Source: Chiloscyllium plagiosum
Lineage: Eukaryota
Direction of reading: 5' to 3'
Length of the DNA: 36,388 bases
NCBI RefSeq assembly: GCF_004010195.1
Contig: NC_057711.1
Coordinates: 77,148,328-77,184,715, forward strand
The notes beneath the pieces are model-generated. The model had not been told where the DNA came from, made no database searches, and saw nothing but the letters and a program-made list of their open reading frames with translations. Positions 1 through 10,149 of the stretch are shown here, piece after piece. A program made the position numbers and the translations under genes. The first letter of the stretch is position 1. Each line of letters begins with the position of its first letter.

Positions 1-1577
1 ATTGATCTCTTTCCTCACTATCTCCCTCAGTCCTACCACCCCTCCTTGCTAGCTTAAATCCTCCCAAGCAGTTCTAGCAAATCTCCCTGCCAGTATATAT
101 TAGTCCCCTTCCAATTTAGGTGCAATCCGTCCTTCTTGGACAGGTCATTTCTACCCCAAAAGAGATTCCAATGATCCAAAAAAGTGAATCCTTTTCCCAT
201 ACACCAGCTCCTCAGCCATGCATTCATCTGCTCTATCCTCCTATTCCTGTCCTCACTAGCTCGTAGCATTGGGAGTAATCCAGATATTACTATTTTCAAG
301 GACCTCCTTATTAAATTCCCACCTAACTCTCTGTAATCTCCCTTCAGAATCTCAACCTTTTCCCTTCATCTGTCATTGGTTCCAATGTGGACAACGACCT
401 CTTGCTGGCCCCTCTCTCCCTTAAGAATATTTTGCACCCTCTCCGAGACATCCTTGATCCTGGCACCAGGGAAGCTACCCATCATTCTGATTTTTCGCTG
501 CTGGCCACAGAAATGTCTGTCTGTATTTCGGACTAGTGAATCCCCTAACACAATTCATCTCTTGGAACCCGATGTACCCCTCATTGCATTACAGCCAGTC
601 TCAGTACCAGAAACTTGGTTGTTCCTGCTACTTTCCCCTGAGAATCCATCATCCTCTACATTTTCCAAACAACTTACTTGTTTGAAATGAATATAGCCAC
701 AGAAGACTCCTGCACTAGCTGCCTATATCTCTTACCTTTCCTGGAGTTAACCCATCTATGCGACTGTATCTGGGACTTTCCCCTCTTCCTGTAACTGCCA
801 TCCATCACATATTGTTGCTGCTGCAAACTCCTCATTGCTTCTAAATGTCTCTCCAACCGATCCATTTGATCTGATAAGATTTGCAACCAACAGCACATTT
901 ATTGCAGATATAATCCTTAGTAACACTTAAACTCTGTTTAAACTCCCACATCTGACAAAAAGAACATATCACTCCATTTTTGCTCCTTCACAATCTACAG
1001 ACCCAGAAAATAACACCGTCTTATTTCTCTACAAAATACTGCCCCAGATTAAATTAATAGTTGTGGCTTATATTTGAAGTTTAATCAAGAGACATATCTA
1101 AAAAAAATATAATCAAGAACCCACTCTACTCACTACTGCAGACTTTCTGTAGGCCACAGTTAAACTGTTCAATTATCTGTTTCTGTGCTGTGACCTCTCC
1201 CAGACAAGTTCTTCCAAGATCAGTTGTGAATTTCACTGTTGTTAATTTTCCCAGACGCACTCCGCCGTCCAGTGATACATGAATTCAAACAGCAAAGGCA
1301 GTAAAACTATGCAGGTTGACTGTGGTGTCAGTTTCTTTCTTTTTTTCTCTCTCTCTCCTGCACTGACTTACCATGTGCTTCCTTTGTCTGTTCTTCTCCC
1401 TTTTAAAACCACTATTATTTTTACTTTTTTTTCCCAAAGTTCCAAAACAATGCAACAGCATGTAAAACAGTAATTGCTATTCCTGGAATTTGAGGAAATC
1501 ATCTCTAGCACCTAAAATACCTCAGAAAAAGGAGCAGCTGTTATAGCCAGAAATTTTTCCCGTACTCCATCTTGGAT
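1..1577 (-). mobile_element. CR1-clade LINE 5' part: 5'UTR plus frameshifted ORF1 (Cys-rich/coiled-coil N-terminus, GDSL/SGNH esterase domain)
   Basis: Minus ORF pieces: 674-898 (CCWLQILSDQMDRLERHLEAMR), 366-551 (GDSLVR...FPGARIKD...VVHIGTND, SGNH blocks I-III) and 54-299 (MNAWLRSWC...DGLHLN, block V). The esterase-type ORF1 is established for vertebrate CR1. The element runs off the left edge. Confidence 0.88.
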
Positions 1578-2720
1578 AGGACTGATTAGGGGTAGTCAAC
1601 ATGGCTTTGTGCGTGGGAAAACTCATGATTAAGTTTTTTGAAGTAACAAAAAGGATTGATGAGGGCAGAGCGGTAGATGTGATCTATATGGACTTCAGTA
1701 AGGCGTTCAACAAGGTTCCCCATGGGAGACTGGTTAGCAAGGTTAGATCTCACGGAATACAGGAAGAACTAGCCATTTGGATACGGAACTAGGTCAAAGG
1801 TAGAAGACTGAGGGTGGTGGTGGAGGGTTGTTTACCAGGCTGGAGACCTGTGGCCAGTGGAGTGCCACAATGATCGGTGCGGAGTCCACTACTTTTTGTC
1901 ATTTACATAAATGATTTGGATGCAAGCATAAGATGCAAGCAGTTGGTACATTTGCAGATGACACCAAAATTGGAGGTGTACTGGACAGCGAAGAGGGTTA
2001 CCTCAAATTATAACAGGATCTTGATCAGATGGGCCAATGGGCTGAGAAGTGGCAGATGGAGTTTAATTCAGATAAATGCGAAGTGCTGCATTTTGTGAAA
2101 GCAAATCTTAGCAGGACTTATACACTTAATGCTGAACAAAGAGACCTTGGAGTGCAGGTTCACAGCTCCTTGAAAGTGGAGTCGCAGATAGATAGGTTAG
2201 TGAAGGTGGCATTTGGTATGCTTTCTTTTATTGGTCAGAGTATTGAGTACAGGAGTTGGGAAGTCATGTTGCGGCTGTACAGGGACATTGGTTAGGTCAC
2301 TGTTGGAATATTGCGTGCAAGCGTCGGAGGCTAAGGGGTGACCTTATAGAGGTTTACAAAATTATGAGGGGCACGGATAGGATAAATAGACAAAGTCTTT
2401 TCCCTGGGGCCGGGGAGTCCAGAACTAGAGGGCACAGGTTTAGGGTGAGAGGGAAAGATATAAGAGAGACCTAAGGGGCAACTCTTTCACACAGAGGGTT
2501 GTATGTGTATGGAATGAGCTGGCAGAGAAAGTGGTGGAGGCTGGTACAATTGCAACATTTAAAAGGCATTTGAATGGGTATATGAATAGGAAGGGTTTGG
2601 AGGGATATGGGCCAGGTGCTGGCAGGTGGGACTAGATTGTGTTTGGATAACTGCTCGGCATGGATAGAATGGACCGAAGGGTCTGTTTCTATGCTGTACG
2701 TCTCTATAACTGTGACTCTA
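1578..2720 (+). mobile_element. CR1-clade LINE, 5'-truncated ORF2 (RT) with 3' tail, degenerate
   Basis: [48 protein letters not shown] (tttgcagatgacaccaaa), WAEKWQMEFNSDKCEVLHF and RRRLRGDLIEVYKIM. Ends in a ctctataactgtgactcta tail. Contains stops, frameshifts and internal deletions. Confidence 0.95.
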
Positions 2721-4140
2721 ACTCAATGTTGAGTCCTAAGAGACTGCAGATTCTGCAACAGAAATGTTGATGTGGAAACATAGTAGTGTGTATAAATGGC
2801 AGGAAACTAGAAGCTGGGAGTCATTCGGCAGAGCATTGATGTTCTGCAGTGTGGAAATCCAGTCAATTGTCTCTCCAGTTTAGAGGAGACTACATTATGA
2901 ACAATGGATATGAGAATGAATAAAGTATAGGTGAATTGGCAGCTGTTGTTTCTTCTGCAGTTGCATGGCAAAGTGCCTTGACAGCATGATGAGATGTTGG
3001 AAATGGAGGCGGAGTGGACCAGGGTGTGCTGGAGGGAACAATCCCTGAGAAACACTGACAAGGGACTGGAGGGGTATGTATGTCTGGATGTGGCATCCTG
3101 TTGGAGGTGATGGAAATAATGGCTTGCGATCTTTTGGAGGGATACTGCTGGGTGGTAAATGAAGAATGGGGTCCTGTCATTGTTGTGGGAGGAAAAAGGT
3201 AAAAGTAGAAGTGCAAGAGATGGGTGGAATACGGATAAAACCCTCTCAACCGTGGTAATGAGGAATACTTGGTTGAGGAAAAAGTGGACATTTCTGTGGA
3301 AGGTGGTATCATCACAACAGTTGTGACAGAGACAAAAATTGGGAGAATAGGAAGGAGTCATTACAGGAAGCACAGTGTGATGATGTACAATCGATGAAAC
3401 TGTGGGAGTCAGTAGGTTTTGTAATAGCTATTGATGGCCAATCTATTCTCAGAAATGGAAACAGATTTTGAGGAAGGGAAGGGAGGAGTCAGAGATGGAC
3501 CTCGTGAAGGTAAGAGGAGGGTGGAAATTGAAAGAGACATTGACAAATTTTCCAATTCCAGATGAGAGGGGAAAACAGCATTAATTAATATCATTGAGAA
3601 AGGATTGTGTGGAAGGACCAGAATGTGTTTGGAACAAGCAATGTTCCACTACTCCACAAAGAGACAGGCACAACTGAGACTCGTGGGTAATTATGGCTAA
3701 GCCTTTGAGCTGAAGAAAGTGAGAGGAGCTAAAGGAGAGTCGTACAGAATGAGGATGAGCTCAGCCAGGCAGAGGAGAGTGGTGGGAGATGGGGCCAGTT
3801 CAAGCCCTTTTTCCCCAGGAAGAAGCAGAGATCCCTGAGATCATCCGGATGGGGATGAGCACGTAAAAGGGTTGCACGTCCATGGTGCAGAGGAGGTGGC
3901 TAGAGCCAACAAACTCGAAATTCTGTAACTGATATAAAGTGTCAGAGGAATCACAGATGTAAGTAGGAAAAGAGTGGACGAGGGAAGAAAATATCGAGTT
4001 GAGTTAAGTAGAGATGAGTTTTGTGGGGCAGTAACAGGCAGAAATAGTGTCTGTCTGAGCAGTCCTGTTTGTGGATTTTGGAGAGAAGATAGTAGTGGGC
4101 TTTATGGGGTTGGGAGACTACGATGTAGGAGTCTGTTCTT
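2721..4140 (-). mobile_element. Penelope-like element (PLE) remnant: RT and linker/GIY-YIG region
   Basis: Minus translations YYLLSKIHKQDC (PLE RT FYxLPKIHK motif, 3951-4181) and DRTPFFIYHP...HFHHLQQDATSRHTYPSSPLSVFLRDCSLQHTLVHS...GTLPCNCRR (2807-3373). The C-terminal GLNIE-like end is near 2721-2745. Confidence 0.85.
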
Positions 4141-4412
4141 CCCTCTGGAACATGTTGGTCCACTCCTCCTCCTTTCACCATCGGGGCCTCTTACCTTGCA
4201 ATCACAAAAGGTGTAATATGCCTGCCTGTTTACTTCTCCCTCCTGACCATCCAAGGTTCTACCCATCTTCCAGGTAAAGCAGCAATTTACCTGTACCTCA
4301 TTCAATCTTGTCTACTGCATTCCCCATTCACAATGAGGTTTCCTCTACATTGGGGAGATGAAATGCGGTCCGGGTGACCGTTTTGCAGAACACTTAAGCT
4401 CTGTCTGCAAAA
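4141..4412 (+). mobile_element. Penelope-like element GIY-YIG endonuclease fragment, opposite orientation to the adjacent copy
   Basis: Plus strand reads LWNMLVHS...PCNHKRCN and then FQVKQQFTCTSFNLVYCIPHSQ*GFLYIGEMKCGPGDRFAEHLSSVCK, with the VY...YIG...R..EH GIY-YIG motifs. Confidence 0.88.
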
Positions 4413-4524
4413 TGAATAGGTTGGGCCAAGTTCTGGCAAATGGGACTAGATTAAGTTAGGCTATCTGGTCGGCATGGACGAGTTGGACCAAAGGGCTTGT
4501 TTCCGTGCTGTACATCTCTATGAC
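4413..4524 (+). mobile_element. CR1 3'-end fragment
   Basis: gggactagatt...ggtcggcatggacgagttggaccaaagggcttgtttccgtgctgtacatctctatgac matches the tails at about 2630-2720 and 9775-9878. Confidence 0.85.
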
Positions 4525-4559
4525 AGGATTCTTCACTGGGATCCAAAGTGAGGTGGTCT

Positions 4560-4895
4560 ACTCCAAAGATAGAGTCCAAAATTCAAAGAAAGGAAATTAC
4601 AGAGGCATGAAAGGTGAAGTGGCCATCAGAGCCATTGAAAGGCATGTCAGCGGATACGCAATGAATAGGAAATGATAGAAAGAACAGATAAATGCATTGC
4701 AGCATTTAGAGACCATGTCACTGAGTATGTTTAAGAAACAATTAAGTAGATTTCTAAAAGCTAAAGCTATCAAGAGCAGGGGAGAGAGAGGGCAACTACG
4801 TTGAGATAGAGGATCAGCCAAGATCATGTTGAATGACAAAATCTCAGAGTCAAACGGCTAAATCCTGTACATATTTTCTATCTCTTATGTTTCTA
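4560..4895 (+). mobile_element. Old degenerate CR1-like 3' end
   Basis: gtatgtttaagaaacaattaagtagatttcta...ggatcagccaagatcatgttgaatg...ctcttatgtttcta resembles the tail at about 28670-28850. Confidence 0.55.
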
Positions 4896-5739
4896 AAGGA
4901 GAGAAAGCAACAAGGACTGAGACAGTGCAAGGACATTGAGAGCTCCTGACTTCCTCTTACTTCCTTAACCTCAAATCAGTGCCAGTGAAAAGAATCTATT
5001 TGAAGAAATCACAACTGACCAAAAAATGGAGGCCATCAGCAAGCTACACCATTTAGAATAAAAATAGAGCAGCTGCTAAGCCGTTGGGACTCAGATTTCA
5101 CTTTCAATGTAAAACACTTCTTTAAAAAACTGGAATCTACAACTACCTTTACATTCATGTCTGTACTAGGCACTTCCCCCTGACAGCCCCAATGTTGTTG
5201 GTAAGCTCATCCCTGGTTTTTGTTGCTGCCTTTCTGGTGAGTACTGAAACACCACTCTCTTTCTCTCAAGAAAATTTAGAAAATAGTTATCTCTGTCATG
5301 CTCGATCTGACAAAGGTGCCTAAGAGAGTTACTGCAATGATTTGAGAATAACATAACGAGAGCAGGCTGACAAAACCAGGATACAAGTCATTAGTGGAAA
5401 GACTGCCATGGCATGTAATTGCAAGTTTACAAAGTAATAATTCTTGGATATGTAGAAGATCGGTCACAGCTATTGAATTGGGTACAAGCCAATAAAACAA
5501 GAGAACATGTCTCCGAGAAAAGAAAGAGATTAAGAAAGAATATAGGCAAGAGCTATTTTTAAAATATTGGGTTTTTAGAATAGCTTGAAAATGGTAATTA
5601 TAGAGACAAAAAGTTCAAATCTCTTCAAGGTCAAACTGGACATCCCAAAGATCTCGGTTTACAACTGCCAAGAGAGCATTAGACCTACAATCTGTTTTGT
5701 CCTTGACTTTTTCTCATTTCCTTCTCAGTTGCTTTGCAC

Positions 5740-6362
5740 ACCCCAACTATATCAACGTAACTGAGGTTGAGAGGGTGGACAGTGTCAACTCTTAGGAGTG
5801 ATGATAACCGACCATCTGTCCTGGACTTCTCACGTGGATGCGATGGTTAAGAAGACACAACAATGCCTATTCTTCCTCAGACAGCTCAGGAAATTTGGCA
5901 TGTCCATAAGGACCCTCACCAACTTCTACACATGCACCATTGAGAACATACTGTCTGGGTACATAATGGCCTGGTATGGCAATTTCTCTGCCCAGGACTG
6001 TAAGAAATTACAGAAGATGGTGTGCATGGACTCAATTTACATGGCCCGCTGCGACAAAAAGGCTGCCAACATTATCAAAGACCCACCACACCACATGATC
6101 TCTTACAGCCTCTCCCATCAGGCAAATGATACAGAAGCCTGAATACACACCAGCAGGTTCAGGAACAACTTATTCCCAGCTGATGAATGGACTCTCTCAT
6201 CTCAAATAACACTGATTTTTGTTCACTCTGATCTCACTCAGTGCACACCCTGTATGCCTCTGTCTAAGGCTTTTAGATCTGTACATCCTTGCTTACTATG
6301 ATCTGCCCGTGCTTCTTGTAAACAAAGCTTTGTACCTCAGCACACCTGACAGTAAATCAATC
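5740..6362 (+). mobile_element. Rex1/Babar-clade LINE 3' fragment (C-terminal RT/DUF1891-like region plus tail)
   Basis: ORF 5798-6142 reads ITDHLSWTSHVDAMVKKTQQCLFFLRQLRKFGMSIRTLTNFYTCTIENILSGYIMAWYGN, typical of the Rex1/Babar C-terminus. Tail: tgtacctcagcacacctgacagtaaatcaatca. Confidence 0.85.
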
Positions 6363-7285
6363 ATGTCCTTCTACAAAAAATGCAGTTATGAATGAGCTGT
6401 GAACCATGTTATTAAAGTGTACAATTCTCAATTGCCATTGAATGATCTACAACTGCATTAGTGCACTTCTAGATTCTTAAAGTGGCGAAGTGACTTTTGA
6501 TCGACATTTTATTACTACCAATCAAATTACATTCCAAGCAGTTAAACGTTAATAAATTTGATCATGACTAAATTTTAAACGACAATTTCAAAACATAATA
6601 TTTCGCTATTTTTAAAAAAACTCCTACTTTATTTATTGTCAAAGCTAGAAACAATTTGTAAAAGGATGTACTACAAATAAAAGTGATAAGAAACTTTCGA
6701 TAAACTACGTCACTCAAAACGAAATCCTTGTGCAATAACTAAACAAACAAGTCAAAACAATAGTCATTCCAAAAGTCTTTTTTCTCTCTGCAATGTGCAT
6801 CATCAACCAGTGATATTCAATGAAGTGCATGAAAGACTTTATAACAGATCTCAGTCTTGACTTATTAAAACTGGAAATTAAAAAAATTATAGTTCTCATA
6901 AATAATATCCAATTTTGCACGTTTTCTGCATCTGATAGATAATACATCCAAAGAATTGAAAAACATCATGTCCCATTCCGTAATAAGGAATCCCTATTGA
7001 GCCATCACAGAGTGACACACAGCTCTCGGAATAAGGAATGTAATATTTCATTTGTGATGTTTTAAAACAATGATAAATCACTCTTCATTAAAAAAGTTAT
7101 TAATATGCATTATGCAAATCGGTCCACAATTAAGCATTTACATCCATAAAATGGTGGTAACATCACTCAAACTGCGCTGCTGCAGTTCCATGCAGTATTT
7201 AAAGTAAATATTCATGTGATAGAATGGACCACCCTATGCAATGTTATTGACAAATTGTAGCTAGTATTGCACTCAATTCACTCAC

Positions 7286-7380
7286 CTCCAGGGTCATACA
7301 CACAGTACTAATTGCAAGTTTTGTATCTCCTTCTGACAGCTCCTTAAGATCTCTCAGCAAAACCTGTTCAGTATTAAAAC
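7286..7380 (-). CDS. Putative internal coding exon of an unidentified host gene (95 nt, phase 1 to 0): (G)FNTEQVLLRDLKELSEGDTKLAISTVCMTLE
   Basis: Minus strand shows acceptor catttccacttctgttatag|GT, an open frame of 2 nt + 31 codons, and consensus donor GAG|gtgagt. It lies in non-repetitive sequence. Gene identity not recognised. Confidence 0.75.
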
Positions 7381-8409
7381 CTATAACAGAAGTGGAAATG
7401 ACAATATTTTAAGACTTTTTCTAATGACACAGCAGCAATTATTTCTTGTTGCTTTGGATTATCAAGCATCACCACAACACACACTTAACAGAGCGAAAAC
7501 TTAAGTTAACAGTTTGAAACTATCACTTGATAAAGAGACTGAAGTTCTCCAAAGTGCTTGAAGATCAATTTGTAACAGGAAATAAAACCAATCACATAAC
7601 AGATATATAGCGGCTTGACATCAATGATCCTTAATACTAAAAGGCATCTCTCAAAGTGACATATTAACACTGCAACTTTCAATAGGTCAGTTTAGTTACA
7701 AATAAGAACCAGAGATGCAACTGACCGAATTTCTTTGATGTGGTAATATGTGGTAATCTGAAACTCCCCACCTAAAAGGAAATTATATAGATACTTTGGA
7801 ACGAACATTTTCAGGGCTATATCTAGGTCTATTTTCAGGTTTCAAGTTATGGAAGTATATCTAAGTGGATAGTTCTTATAAAGAGCTACAGTCACAATGG
7901 GTAAATTGTCCCATTCTATCCAACAATATTTTATAATTGAAGTGAATTAAACCCATTGGAAAGTGATCAAGATATTTTCATTGCTGGTGTAACATTCTCA
8001 TTTGATGTGAGAATGTGCAGTGTGCAATGGTGGTATTAATCAATATACTTAGCTATCTTGATGTACTTTTTTTTGGTACTGCCTGTTGACACGTAGCAAA
8101 TTGTTGGCAGGAAGGTAAGTCAGAGGACAAAAATATTGGCAGCAATTGACTGTCAAGAATTTGATGAACAGGATAGGTTGGCTGCTTGTGACTGACCAGA
8201 TCAGATGGGAGAGATTTTGATTGGATTGAACGAAGCCTCACTATTCCGGACAGTACAAATGCACTTCGTCAGGTTGACCACCTTAAGTTCCTGGTGTCCC
8301 ATTTATTCAACTTCCAACTAGCTGGTTTGGGTGAGTCTGTCCTACCAAGGATGACGAACTCAGCAATACTTACAGACAACCACAGTAGAGATTTAATATG
8401 GCATAAAAA

Positions 8410-8526
8410 AAAGAAAATACCACACACTGCTTGAATTCTGAAATGCAAGCAGAAAGTGCTGGTGAAACTCAACTGGTTTGGCACTAGCAGTGAAGACAGC
8501 AACAGAGTTAAGGTTTTGAGTCCAAC
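8410..8526 (-). mobile_element. Degenerate PLE-derived terminal fragment
   Basis: gcagaaagtgctggtgaaactcaactggtttggcactagc...agagttaaggttttgagtcc resembles the copies at 13880-14005 and 26205-26313. Confidence 0.55.
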
Positions 8527-8529
8527 ATG

Positions 8530-9878
8530 TTATAAATCCCCAGGACCTGATCAGGTGTACCCTAGAACTCTGTGGGAAGCTAGAGAAGTAATTTCTGGGC
8601 CTCTTGCTGAGATATTTGTATTATCGATAGTCACAGTTGAGGTGCTGGAAGACTGGAGGCTGGAAGACTGGAGGTTGGCTAACATGGTGCCACTGTTTAA
8701 GAAGGGTAGTAAGGACAAGCCAGGAAACTATAGACCAGTGAGCCTGACTTTGCAGGTGGACAAGTTGTTAGAGGGAATCCTGAGGGACAGGATGTACATG
8801 TATTTAGAAAGGCAAGGACTGATTAGGGATAGCCAACGTGGCTTTGTGCTTGGGAAATCATGTCTCACAAACATGATTGACTTTTTTGAAGAAGTAATAA
8901 AGAGGATTGATGAGGGCAGAGCAGTAGATGTGATCCATATGGACTTCAATAAGGCGTTCAACAAGGTTCCCCATGGGAGACTGGTTAGCAAGGTTAGATC
9001 TCACGGAATACAGGGAGAACTAGCCATTTGGATATAGAATTGGCTCAAAGGTAGAAGATGGGGGTGCTGGCGGAGGGTTGATTTTCAGACTGGAGGCCTG
9101 TGACCAGTGGAGTGCCACAAGGATCGGTGCTGGGTTCTCTACTTTTTGTCATTTACATAAATGATTTGGATGCGAGCATAAGAGNNNNNNNNNNNNNNNN
9201 NNNNNNNNNNNNNNNNNNNNNNNNNNNNNNNNNNNNNNNNNNNNNNNNNNNNNNNNNNNNNNNNNNNNNNNNNNNNNNNNNNNNNNNNNNNNNNNNNNNN
9301 NNNNNNNNNNNNNNNNNNNNNNNNNNNNNNNNNNNNNNNNNNNNNNNNNNNNNNNNNNNNNNNNNNNNNNNNNNNNNNNNNNNNNNNNNNNNNNNNNNNN
9401 NNNNNNNNNNNNNNNNNNNNNNNNNNNNNNNNNNNNNNNNNNNNNNNNNNNNNNNNNNNNNNNNNNNNNNNNNNNNNNNNNNNNNNNNNNNNNNNNNNNN
9501 NNNNNNNNNNNNNNNNNNNNNNNNNNNNNNNNNNNNNNNNNNNNNNNNNNNNNNNNNNNNNNNNNNNNNNNNNNNNNNNNNNNNNNNNNNNNNNNNNNNN
9601 NNNNNNNNNNNNNNNNNNNNCTAAGGGGCAACTTTTTCATGCAGAGGGTGGTGTGTGTATGGAATGAGCTGCCAGAAGAAGTGGTGGAGGCTGGTACAAT
9701 TGCAACATTTAAAAGGCATTTGGATGGGTATATGAATAGGAAGGGTTTGGAGGGATATGGGCCGGGTGCTGGCAGGTGGGACTAAATTGGGTTGGGATAT
9801 CTGGTCGGCGTGGACGGGTTGGACCGAAGGGTGTGTTTCCATGCTGTACATCTCTATAATTCTATGACTATGACTCTA
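8530..9878 (+). mobile_element. CR1-clade LINE ORF2 (RT) to 3' tail, interrupted by an assembly gap
   Basis: KSPGPDQVYPRTLWEAREVI, PLFKKGSKDKPGNYRPVSLT, MDFNKAFNKVPH and [10 protein letters not shown]. The post-gap sequence matches 2471-2720. Tail: ctataattctatgactatgactctatg. Confidence 0.95.
9185..9620. other. Assembly gap (436 N)
   Basis: Run of N inside a CR1 copy. Confidence 1.
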
Positions 9879-10149
9879 TGTTCTCAACCATCATACTGGA
9901 CCCAAAAGAGGCAACTGTTTTTCTCTCCACAAAGACTGCCAGATTTGAGTTTCTGCAGGAGTAGTTTCTGTTTACTGTCATTGTTAAATTTGAAATGGAA
10001 CAATATGACTGTGCCCACAGGACATGACCACTTGGAAGGTGAGGAACATACTAGACAGCTTGCGAACGATTCAATTCATAGATTGAAAAAACAGACAGGC
10101 TTTTCAGAGCCAATCATATATTCAAACTCTTATAGTGTGACTGTGAAGT

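Noticed and set aside
54..551. Stand-alone GDSL lipase gene
   Set aside because: Frameshifted, intronless and in the ORF1 position of a CR1 element.
5147..5243. Possible minus-strand exon (tttcag...aaag|gtagtt)
   Set aside because: All three frames contain a stop and the donor is weak.
8648..8678. 15-bp tandem duplication giving LEDWRLEDWR
   Set aside because: Ordinary slippage duplication inside a dead CR1.
9100..9640. Long ORFs of 174 and 163 aa in the track
   Set aside because: Artefacts of translating the N gap.
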